A stretch of DNA of 64,000 bases from Octopus vulgaris. Lineage: Eukaryota. Each line of letters starts with the position of its first letter. Position 1 is the first letter of the stretch. The notes beneath the pieces were generated by a model. That model saw only the letters and a program-made list of their open reading frames with translations. It had not been told where the DNA came from and did no database searches. The DNA lies in NCBI GenBank assembly GCA_951406725.2, contig OX597826.1, positions 84,010,001-84,074,000 on the forward strand, read 5' to 3'. Both the position numbers and the translations under genes were made by a program. Positions 26,082-38,002 of this stretch are shown here, in pieces.

Positions 26082-26620
26082 AATTCCTCCCTACCATACT
26101 TAAATATATCAGATATTGACTGTTGACCAGCATCTAGAGTGACAATGACCTCTCTTGTATCAAACACCTGTTCAAGAAGTGATCTAATCAAATCATTCTT
26201 TAATGTTTCAAATAGATCGATATTCTTTCCATAAAAATGTGCTGCTCTTTTGTCATTGGTTTGAAAATCCAAACTCTGGAATATGCTGGAATAAATCAGC
26301 CAAAAATATTAGTCATGCTTCAAAAACAACTTCAGTTCTTTCCTGCTCTGAAGAATTTTTAGGATTAATACCTTCACTGACCTACACTCTGGTTGAATAT
26401 CATGTCTGTTAACCTTATATCCTAAAAGGGTCAAGTCTTCTCTATAAAAGATTGTGTGTCTTTCATAAATACTGAAACCACCCGGGGTGAGTCTTTGTAA
26501 AATTTCTTTTACTTTCTGCTCTTGTTTACCAATGGTATGACCACAAATGCCCAGGTCCTCTTGACCAATTAGTTTCCAGTGAAATCTCCCAACACATTTT
26601 ATGAAGCACGTTGAAATAGT
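26082..26620 (-). pseudogene. Gypsy pol relic (RT C-terminus and RNase H start), right piece
   Basis: LLGYKV...ELKLFL and FETLKNDLIRSLLEQVFDTREVIVTLDAG resemble Gypsy RT thumb/RNase H (FxxLK...FD...TDAS). Confidence 0.6.
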
Positions 26621-26814
26621 GTTCTGATACTGTATCATAGCCAGATGCAGGCATGGCTGTGAGGTAAGAAGTCTGCTTCTCAACCACATGGTTTCAGGTT
26701 CAATCTCAGTGTGTGGCACTTTGGACATCTTTTATTGCTTTGGTAGATGGAAACTGAAAGAAGTTGGATGTGTGTGCATATACATATATATATGTGTGTG
26801 TATGCGTATATATA

Positions 26815-27225
26815 TTTCTTTATTGCCCACAGGGGGCTAAACACAGAGGGGACAAACAAGGACAGACAAAGGGATTAAGTCGATCACATCAAGCCCAGTG
26901 TGTAAGTGGTACTTATTTAAACAACCCCAAAAGAATGAAAGGCAAAGTCGACCTTGGCAGAATGTTAACTCAGAAAGTAATGCAGACGAAATACCTATTT
27001 CTTTACTACCCACAAGGGGCTAAACACAGATAGGACAAACAAGGACAGACAAACGGATTAAGTTGATTACATCGACCCCAGTGTGTAACTGGTACTTAAT
27101 TTATCGACCCCGAAAGGATGTAAGGCAAAGTCGACCTTGGCGGAATTTGAACACAGAACATAATGGCAAACGAAATACTGCTGCGCATTTCGCCCGACGT
27201 GCTAACGATTCTGCCAGCTCGCCAC
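26815..27225 (-). mobile_element. SINE (gaaggcggcgagctggcaga family), with its 3' part tandemly duplicated
   Basis: Reverse complement of the 27666 family; the ~180-bp segment 26815-26995 is repeated at 26996-27175. Confidence 0.8.
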
Positions 27226-27665
27226 CATACACATATGTGCGTATGTGTATATAAAAATATATGTATGTATATGTTTATATGAGTGTGTGTAACTGACTTC
27301 TTGCCCGTTGTAAACAAGCATCACTGTGATACAAGCAGCATCCTTTGTTTACAATCTAAGGTGAAAACCTGTCCAGTCATGATGGGGAAATATTACCTTA
27401 CTTGGAAACAGGAAGGAAATCTGGTCACAAAAAATCTGACTCAAAAAATTCCATCCAACTCCTGCAAACATGGAAATGTGGAAGTTAAATCAATGGTAAT
27501 GATCATAGATGTGGCTAAATGCAACAATGCAAAAGGTGTGATTTACGTTTGTTATTTGCTAAGCTTCACTGGAAATCAGGATTTGATTGTCAGCTACAAA
27601 CAAATCTGTTTTTGTAAAATATATCATATGTATCAGTTTGTGTTACTCTGTCTCAATATTCAAAA

Positions 27666-28119
27666 GAAGGCGGCAAGCTGGCAGATATGTTAGCATGCCG
27701 GGCGAAATGCTTAGTGGTATTTCGCCTGTCTTTATGTTCTGAGTTCAAATTCCACCGAGGTCGACTTTGCCTTTCATCCTTTCGGGGTCAATAAACTTAG
27801 CACTAGTTGCTTACTGGGGTCGAACTAATCGACTGGTCCCCACCCCAAAAATTTCGGGCCTTGTGCCTAGAGCAGAAAAGAATATTTGTATATTGATAGA
27901 AGGCGGCAAGCTGGTAGAGACGTTAGCACACTGAGCAAAATGCTTAGCGGTATTTCAGCTGTCTTTACATTCTGAGTTCAAATTCCGCCAAGGTCAACTT
28001 TGTCTTTTTTCTTTCCGGGGTTGATAAATTAAGTACTAGTTGCGTACTGGGGTCAATCTAATCAACTAGTCTCCTCCCCTAAAATTTCGAGCCTTGTGCC
28101 AAGAGTAGAAAAGAATATT
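27666..28119 (+). mobile_element. Head-to-tail SINE dimer (27666-27886 and 27899-28119)
   Basis: Two ~220-bp copies gaaggcggcaagctgg...gagttcaaattcc...aaaagaatatt, each with a B-box-like GAGTTCAAATTCC. Confidence 0.85.
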
Positions 28120-28606
28120 CAGTCAAAACATATTTTGGGATTTACTCCAATATATTTGTTGTTAGTATAAACAGGTAAATTGCCATCAAGTTTGTGCACC
28201 TCAACCAATGCTGAAGTTCATTTACTTGTTTCTGATTCAACTTTTGTTGTTGAGCCATTATTTAGCATTTCCTGAATTTCCTTAAAAGGGAATGAATAAA
28301 TAAAGTCTAGATTCATAATATGCAGCTTTGATTTTTAGTTTATTTTAGCTTCAATATTATCAAATAGGCCATCATCATAAAAGTTGCTTTTCTTTACTTA
28401 CACGGATTGGACAGAATTTGTTTCATTGAATTTTCTCTGGTTGGGTGCCCTTCCTGTTGCTAACCCTCACTTGCTTTTGAGTAAGGTAATATTCCTTCCC
28501 CGTCCAGACCAGGCATGTTTTCATGGAAGATTGTCAATGGAGGACACAGCTTATATGACAGTGACACTTGTTTTAAAAGTATCATCAGAAGTCTAGGCAA
28601 GGAGAC

Positions 28607-28637
<31 letters not shown>

Positions 28638-30356
28638 TGGATACATGCACACACACACACACACACACATGCCAACACGCGACACGCACACACTTTGCAT
28701 ATAGTTTCTATCAACCAGATCTCCTCCCAACACACTGGTTGGCCTGAGGCTATTGTAAAGGACATTTGACCAGAGTGCTACACTATAGGACTGAACCTGA
28801 AACCATGTGGTTGGGGAGCAAGCTTTTTTTATCATGGAGCCACATCTGTGTGCAATAAATACTGATGTGCCATTGCATCGTAGCATTTCCATTCCAATAA
28901 AATCGTGTTCTTTTAGCATTTAGCCTCATATATGATAACTATATTATGACTAATTTTAGTTTCTGATGAAGTTTTAAAGTTGCTAATTAATTAGGTTAAT
29001 GAAACATCAAACTAGATTCTGGTTTGGGAGTTCAGGCTTATATCCAGAAGTTCTTAATATTGATAGCAACATCGCTGCCAGTGCCTGCTGCTTGCATCTG
29101 CTCTTCACCAATATTTCACTTAATGAAGGTCAAAGAGCTGGTGTCACTTTTCCCAATATTGAATACATTGCTTGATTCTTGGCCATTATCTACAGCAACA
29201 TCCACTTCATACCATTTCTCAAATCTATACCTTAAAGACTGTCAGATAGACTAAAAATTGTTCTTCTTATGAACATTACAAATCTGTCCCAAAACCAGAC
29301 CCTTTGCCACATTATGAGCATAAAATCAAGTCTTGCAAGAGACCACTTTTTGGACAATCTTGCCTATGGCAAATCCTTTTGGTATGCAGCTATGACTGTG
29401 TGGTTAAGAAGTTTGCTTTCCAACCACAGGCTTTCCCAGTTCAATTCCACTGTGCTGCTTCTCTTAGGCAAGTATCTTCTTTTATGGCCCCTAGCTGACC
29501 CAAACCTTGTGAGTGAATTTGAGTTGAGAGGAACTGAAAGAAGGTGACACTGTGTGTGTGTGTGACTCTTTGTCTTGGCATCGAGTGAATGTTGGAAATG
29601 AATGTCATCCATTTGTAATATTCTGCATGGACAAATCTAGCCTTGGAGAAATATTACTTTCCTTGGAAGCGGTTAGCGGTTGGTGACCAGAAGAGTATTT
29701 GGCCACAGAAAGTCTGCCTCAATAAACTCTATCTGACCCATGCAGTTATGGTAAAGTGGATGAGGATTTTCTTTTTTTGCCATATCAGTGTTTGAAAGTG
29801 CGGAGCCAGCTGAGGATTTTGTGACAGGGCAAAAGACAACGATGTCATTGCTTGAATCTCAGTATGTATGTATATATGTTCTCTTCTATTTTTAATTATT
29901 TGAAATATTTCTGTGAGGAAGAAGCTGGTTTCTTACAAAGACGTAAAGCTCCATCAATTGGAATGTAGAGGAAAAAAACCCATGTCACGTTTTAAACTTG
30001 AGAAATGTCTTCTACATATTGTTCCACTTACAAATTGTATTTTTTAATGTGCGAGTTAGCAGGGTGATTTCTTTTTCTGAAAACCCCAGCTTATCCAGAT
30101 TGTCATTTTAGCATTTACTCACAAAACCAAGTACACAAAGTATTTTTGGCATAAATGCGAATTTATAATCTGGATGTAGAAGCTGGAGGTTTCAGAGCAG
30201 TTTTCCATAGTTATCTTCTGTCTCTTTGATTTTTAAAGAGATATTCACATCTGCAGGGCAGCTAGCCTCTATGATGGTACCTACTTTTTCTTGTCTGTTC
30301 CGATCAACAATATCTGACTATGCATACATGTATGCATGTGTGTGTGTGTGTATATA

Positions 30357-31132
30357 CTGTAGCAATAAACATTTTAGCCATTTTGAAATGTGGCGCGAAC
30401 TGGCAATATGACGTAATGTCGTATTGCCGAAGAATTATCATTTTCGTTTTTTTCCATTAGTTAATATAACTGCTCATATAAAGATTCTAAAAGTTTTGAA
30501 AAGAATATTTGTCATGGATTTCGATTCTTTTTAAGTCAAGTTGAGTAGTTATAAAAACCCTGGATTTTGGGAAAAATATCAGTGTTTGTTGGATGTCACT
30601 GAACTCTATGGCACTCACTCTTTTGGAGACATCGGTAATTTTTATGCCATGTCTAAGTTAATCACAAATCTATTTTGATTTGTTGGTTAATGTATTAGAT
30701 AGAAAGAAGAAATTAGTTAATGAATTTATAGTCGTTCTTCTTCACGACAAAGTTATCTTTCCTACTGTAAATAATATAAAATGTTATATTTATATAATAA
30801 AAATAATTAAAAAGAAAATGTTTCTCTTCATGTTTGTTTTTCAACTGAGCATAAATAAGTATGCATTTCTGTAATCCTTGATTATGTTTTCTTATAGCGG
30901 TTTATAGGATATGAAGAAAATATTTAACATACATGTTGTTAATATTCATAGCGTTTCATGCGTATATGTCTCTATGACGTTATAACTGTAGTTAGGGTTT
31001 TAGGTATAATGATAACACTTTAGTATAAGTAACGTTGAATCATTATATTCTCCCTTCCTCAGAGAAAAGCCAAATAAAATAATATAACCTAAGAGAAGGC
31101 TTAAGGTTTAAACCAAAAACCACCATAGGAAA
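30357..31132. mobile_element. Unclassified ~775-bp interspersed repeat, copy 1
   Basis: Highly similar end to end to 48261-49032 (ctgtagcaata...ccataggaaa); no ORF, TIR or tail recognised. Confidence 0.85.
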
Positions 31133-31410
31133 ATTGCAACACGAAACACCTTAAGTCTTTGGTCTTCACGGCGCTGAACATTGGCAAATTTTTTCTTATC
31201 TGCTTCCCCTCTGGCTAAATAGACCTGTCTCCTAGCTTCTCTTTTGGCAGTCTGATACAATTCCCTGCTACCACCATTCTTCCAGTCCTTCCAAGCCTGT
31301 CTCTTTTCTCTAATAGCCCTGTCTACAACATTGTTCCACCACCACATTATTTTGGGTTGAGAGGGGACTTTGCTCCAGCCACAGATCTGGTCAGTGGCTC
31401 TCAAGATGCC
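31133..31410 (-). mobile_element. RTE internal fragment (EN-RT linker)
   Basis: WWWNNVVDRAIREKRQAWKDWK...YQTAKREARRQV is typical of the LINE linker region. Confidence 0.8.
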
Positions 31411-31913
31411 ATCCCAATCATCAGGCCCTTATATAACTTTATCAACGTTCAATACAATAAACTATATTTTAATTTTTTTAAACCCTTAAGTATATGTAAA
31501 ATAGGTATGTTTAAGTTACATATGTTTAAATTAGTTTCGCTAGACTCTACAGTTCAAGCCATAATTCAGATAAAAATTCAAATAAAGATAAAAAGTTACA
31601 TGAATAAAGTAAGAAATAAAAAAAAAATTTTTTAAATATACGAAAATTTACGAAAACTATGTTAGTAATATATAGTGTTTCAAATAAAATTAAATTTACA
31701 AATACTATGTTAATAATATATAAAAAAGTGAATAAAAATAAATATGAATAACAATAAAAATTTAAATATTTTTATTTTTATTTATTTATTCTTTTCATTT
31801 GGTGAGATGTAGGGGTCTACTATCTCCAAATTAAAATATATTTCTTCATTGAGAATAATTTGAACCTCTGTTATGCCGGAATTTTTTTCCCTAAAAAATA
31901 ATATTTAAATATA

Positions 31914-31961
<48 letters not shown>

Positions 31962-33559
31962 TCAGTGGATCATATATCTGAAAAAAGAAGCACCTGCTAA
32001 AGAACTAAAGAATAGAGCAGTAATGTATTTACAAGCAGTTAAATATATGTCTGGTCATATAGTGACCAATGTTTCACATCCATAAAACCTGTAAGGGCTA
32101 GAGCTTTATAGATGCAAGACCATTGGTCACTCAATGACATATTTAACTGTTCACATGTATGTGTATAGACATCATCATCATCATCATCCAGTTTTTTAAA
32201 TTCGGGTTTTGTCCCCGTTAATGGGGGTGGCCGGATCTGCCTCAATGCCATAGCAACTGCCCTCACACCATCTCTCCATCTTGCCCGGTTTGGGGTGTCC
32301 TCCTTTTTCAAACCAACCCTCCCAGTGTACTCCTCCACCTTTTCCTCAGCCTACATATACATGCTATATGGTAAGAAGTTTGCTTCATAATCACATCATT
32401 CCACATTCAGTCCCACTGAATGACACATTGGCGTCAAGAAAATTCTACAATAGCCTTGGACTGACCAAAACCTTGTGTATGGATCTGTTTGGCAGAAATT
32501 GAAGAACGTGTGTATCTTTATGTCTGCCTCCCACCCTCGCTTGACAACTAGTATTCATATATTTACTACCCCGTAATCTAGCGGTTCAGCAAAAATAGTT
32601 CGATACAATAAATACCAGGCTTAAAAAAAAATAAGTCGGGGGGAGGGGACGATTCAATTGACTAAGAATTCTTCAAGGCGCAGTCTAATGACTGGAATAA
32701 TTAAAAGATATGTATACATGTATGTATGTATACGCACGTGCGTACATGGGTTAGTTTCCACACACACTTCATGTCAACCGAATTTCCCTCTCAAAGTGTT
32801 AGTTAACCAAAAAACGGCCTTAGTAGGCACTTGTTCAAGGTGTCGCAAAGTAGAATCGAACACGGAAGCATGTGGTTGTAGAGTGAACATCTTGATTTCA
32901 CACCCCGTTGTAACTGAGGAACAGAAGTAATAGAACATTGGATTCAACGTCTTGGAAGATTCAGTTGTATCTTTTTACATTTTCTGCTCACACTTTGACG
33001 GAATTCACTTTGCTTGTAGGAATGGCGATCAGGAATTAAGTATCAGTTTTGTATTAGGGCAGTGTTTCTCATAGAAGGGTGGAGGCTTGTGAGAAGTGAA
33101 AAAGAGACCGAGGCATGGCTTTGTTTCAAAGAATTAGATTGTTTTGAACTTATTGAAGTTGTCCAAGAACGAAGAATTACATGAATTCCGATTCTCTTTT
33201 GTCTTATCAAAAAAATAAATATGTGGTGAATATAAAACTTCACTAATTCGTCTGTGAAGATAATATGTCATTTTGAGAAGCTCTGCATGAGGCGTTGCTT
33301 TAATCTTCCTTAGATTAAATTCCTTTCCGACAAATCTACTGTTTTGTGTGCTAGTGTAATAAAGTATCCGTGTTGTCATGTCGCCGAAGACTAGAGCTTT
33401 GGGCACAATTGTGTCACATTCATGGAAAAATAAATTGTTAATTTATTCCTAGCCTCTTCAATTGAATGTTATAAGGCGAAAACAATTTTTCGAACAGGAC
33501 AGAAAGGAAAGAATGTGTGCAAGAAGTGTCAATGATGTCAATTAATCGATCGTTTAATT

Positions 33560-34520
33560 CTGTTTTATTATGATAATCAGTAAACCTAACCGACCCTATC
33601 ACTTCAAACCCAGCTGTTTAACCACAAAGTCCGGCCTTGGCAATAGAAAGTCAGCCTCAGTTATCTGCCCTTGCAGTTATCAATTTCTCTCGTCGATTGC
33701 AGTTCGAACCCTCAACCATCCGAGCTGATGTAAGTAAACTTTTCCTCTATCTTTTGGTTATTCATTTCTAATTGCCGCGTAATCTTCATTATTACATTCC
33801 CTATCACACACACTCTCTCTTTCTCGGTTGGTTTATAAGAAAGGGGGACATGCACAAACTTTATTTAGGCAAATATGTACACAAAATTTAGAAAATAGTT
33901 TTAATGTTTACACCTTAATTAAATTCGAGAAGGGGATTAGCGATGTATCCTTTGATTTTATATAATAAATCGCAAAGGAAGAAAGAATTTATAAAAATAA
34001 CAAAACAAAACAAACTGACGTCTGCAATGTTTAGATACTTTTTAATTAATGAGCTTATTTTTAATATAGTGTTCTGGTGGAGTGCGACTGGTCTGTAAAG
34101 GGTGAAAGAGGAGGCCGAAAACAGCAGAAGAAAGCGATGATAGTCAAAAGTACTGCAGTGTAGACGGGATAAAACCCGACTCCAAGGCCGAAAATTGAAC
34201 AAGAAAAGGTGCAAAGGTCAAGACTAACGTTGGTGACACAACAAAATTGTCCTGATGTCTACTTCAAAACAACTGGGTAGTTTATTTCATACTTGGACAA
34301 TGCTGAGTGAAAATGTTTCCGAAAATCATGAGTGTTGTGCTGTTTATTTTATTTTATAGTTGTGTCCTCGAGTGATTGGATACTGACTTCAAAAAGGTGG
34401 ACGACGAAGCTTTGTATTGATATCCAGAGAAACAAGGAGGAGTAAGACATGTTGCGATTTGGACACTAAACTGCTTGACACACTTAAAAATACGGTGACG
34501 CCCCTGAGGCCTTTCACCAG
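33560..34520 (+). promoter_or_regulatory. CpG-retaining unique region: candidate promoter and 5'UTR exons of the calpain gene
   Basis: Non-repetitive and locally CpG-rich; strong donor gat|GTAAGT at 33730 and acceptor ttttatag near 34359. The link to the calpain gene is inference. Confidence 0.35.
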
Positions 34521-35584
34521 ATTTGGAGCTAAAAACACAAATACTTTACCAGTGTTCATACATCCATGTTGTATATATATATATATATTATTAAGTATCG
34601 TCATTGCTAACAAATGTGTGTGCTGCTGGTATTTCCCACTATTTTCGTTTATTTAAAAAAAATTTATATTTTAAAAAGATTTTAACGTACCCGGCGAAAT
34701 ACTTTGAAAATAAAACTGTTTTTCACGATAAATTGTAATGAATATGTGTTTAAATTTAAAATATAAAGGGTTCAATTATAATTGTCAACATTTGGTGTGT
34801 TTCTGCTGCTTTCCTCTCGCAACGGAAAACAAAAACATTTTTAGTCAACTTGGATATTTTCCAGTGTCACTAATTAATAACTCGTGGCACACTACAACTG
34901 TTGTTTATACATACATACAAGTGTGTGTTTGTATGTATTTGTAAATTTGAGACCTACTGCTGTATTGTTTCTTTGTCCCCCTCATTCTACGTTTTTCAGC
35001 ATACCTATTAAAGGCATTCCTGCCTAGGCTGCTATTTCTAGCAGTTCGAGCTACAACGTATTGGCTTCACGTTTGCTGCTAATTCTACTTGTTCCGTTGA
35101 TATGTTATTTAACCCCAGGTTAGCAGTGGTTGGGCGGAAGTATGACCTAAGACGTTCCAGTTATGACCATCCCATTTATTATTCAGTAAAAGAAAAATCT
35201 TACAACACTTACATTTGCTGTGAGAAGTGAAAGAATTTATCCCGGAATCTTGTTCATTGAGAAAAATTTAAACATCAATGCTGTGATTGCTGTAAAATGT
35301 ATAATGTAGTTCAATATATCAAAAAGTATATTATTTAGTCAATATCTCGTAATACTAGTATGTGTTGTTTGTGTGTGTCTGTGTGTTTTGTTTGTTTGTG
35401 TGTGTATGTTTTGTTTGTGAGTGTGCATGTGTTTTGTTTGTTGATGTGCATGTATTATTTGTGTGTGTGTTTTGTGTGTTTTTATTTGAAATCACACTGT
35501 CGTATCGGAACACTGATATTGCCATTCCAGTAGAACATACTGGTTTCATTTCTTTCAAGCTTTTGCATATTCCTCAGTAGTCAC

Positions 35585-36010
35585 AGCCCGTGTCACGCTG
35601 TGATGTAGCATAGTTGTTCGTACACAGGCATCATATAATCTGCCTTTGACTCTGAAGGAGAGGCCCTTCATTACTAACAGGCCGTAGCTCCCTGGACTTC
35701 ACTCAGCCTATTCTTATTCTAGCAGCTATGCTTTTGGAACAACCTCCCCCACTACTAACTTGGTCACCTAAGTAACAGAAACTGCCCTACTACTTCTGAG
35801 AATTACCCTGGCATTTGAGGCAGTCTGCTTTTTGTTCATTTCTGCTGTTTAATGTACTTGCACGTCTGCCACATATAAAGTCTGCTGCTTTCTCTGTTAG
35901 CTTGCATTGAGTAAAATGTATGGAGTTTCTCTCGATACCTTTTCTACAAATTGAGCAGAGCCATCATCCTGAAGGGATCTGTGATTTGTCAAAAGGGGCC
36001 AGCTCCTGAA
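35585..36010 (-). mobile_element. Degenerate RTE fragment
   Basis: Reverse complement of the RTE RT C-terminal region (gcatcatataatctgcctttgactctga). Confidence 0.7.
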
Positions 36011-36556
36011 TATATGTCTATATTTGTGTGTGTCTGTTTGTCCCCTTACCAATGCTTCTCTGGTGTTGGTTGGTTTACATCTCTGTAACCTAGTGGTTCA
36101 GCAAAATGGGCTGATAGAATAAGTACAAGGCTTAAAAAAGAAAATAAAACTGAATGTTCTGGCATTGAGATCTTCAAGTAAAAACCCTTTAAGGTGGGGG
36201 CTCCAGCATGGATGCAGTTAAATGACTAAAACAAGTAAAAGAACATATGTATGTATATATATATATGCATGTATGTATGTACGTATATGTATGTATATGT
36301 ATATGTGTGTATGTATATATATGTATGTATAAATATATATATTGCCAACCTCGCCTGGCACCTGTGCTGGTGGCACGTAAAAAGCACCCACTACATTCAC
36401 GGAGTAGTTGGCGTTAGGAAGGGCATCCAGCTGATCAGACTGGAGCCTGGTGCAGCCTTCTGGCTTCCCAGATCCCGGTCGAACCGTCCAACCCATGCTA
36501 CCATGGAGAACGGACGTTAAACGATGATGATGATATATGCAGATGATTGTGAGCTA

Positions 36557-36602
<46 letters not shown>

Positions 36603-37432
36603 GTATGTATATGTATGTATACATATGTATGTATATGTATGTATACATATGTATGTATATGTATGTATACATATGTATGTATATGTATGTATGTATATGT
36701 ATATATACATATGTATGTATATGTATGTATACATATGTATGTATATGTATGTATACATATATATGTATGTATACATATATATGTATGTATACATATATAT
36801 GTATGTATACATATGTATGTATATGTATGTATACATATCTATGTATATGTATATATACATATATATTATGTATGTATACATATATATATATATGTATGTA
36901 TACATATATGTATATGTATCTATACATATATATATGTATGTATGTATATGTATGTATATGTATATGTATGTATACATATATGTATGTATACATATATATA
37001 TATATGTATGTATACATATATATATATATATATGTATGTATATGTATGTATACATATATATATATATGTATGTATACATATATATATATGTATGTATACA
37101 TATATATATATGTATGTATATATATATATATATGTATGTATACATATATATATATGTATGTATACATATATATATATATGTATGTATACATATATATATA
37201 TATGTATGTATACATATATATATATATGTATGTATACATATATATATATATGTATGTATACATATATATATATATGTATGTATACATATATATATATATG
37301 TATGTATACATATATATATATATGTATGTATACATATATATATATATGTATGTATATATATATATATATATGTATGTATACATATATATATATATGTATG
37401 TATACATATATATATATGTATGTATGTATATG

Positions 37433-37464
<32 letters not shown>

Positions 37465-37554
37465 TATGTATGTATATATATATATGTATGTATATATATA
37501 TATGTATGTATATATATATATGTATGTATGTATATGTATGTATGTATATGTATG

Positions 37555-37586
<32 letters not shown>

Positions 37587-37696
37587 TATGTATGTATATA
37601 TATATGTATGTATGTATATATATGTATGTATGTATATGTATGTATGTATGTATATATATGTATGTATGTATATATATGTATGTATGTATATATATG

Positions 37697-37728
<32 letters not shown>

Positions 37729-37940
37729 TATATATGTATGTATATATATATATGTATGTATATATATATATGTATGTATATATATATATATGTATGTATA
37801 TATATATATGTGTATGTATATATATATATATGTATATGTATGTGTATATATATATGTATATGTATGTATATATATATATGTATATGTATGTGTATATATA
37901 TATATATATATATGTGTATGTGTATATATATATATATATA

Positions 37941-37985
<45 letters not shown>

Positions 37986-38002
37986 GTATGTATATGTGTA
38001 TA
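36557..38002. repeat. 1.45-kb complex (TA/TATG/TACA)n microsatellite array
   Basis: Almost strictly alternating purine-pyrimidine sequence with blocks of ~18-26-bp higher-order units; it produces the spurious Y/I/M/C/H/T ORFs. Confidence 0.97.

Noticed and set aside
28218-28280. Possible minus-strand terminal exon (EIQEMLNNGSTTKVESETSK*) after a good acceptor
   Set aside because: Too short, no recognisable homology, and no partner exons identified.
31124-31141. ATTGCAACA as an inverted terminus matching TGTAGCAAT of the 775-bp repeat
   Set aside because: These bases belong to the adjacent RTE fragment (FRVA codons) and are absent from the second copy.
32930-33430. Nearly open minus-strand frame in unique DNA
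   Set aside because: No recognisable domain and several stops; cannot distinguish a decayed element from chance.
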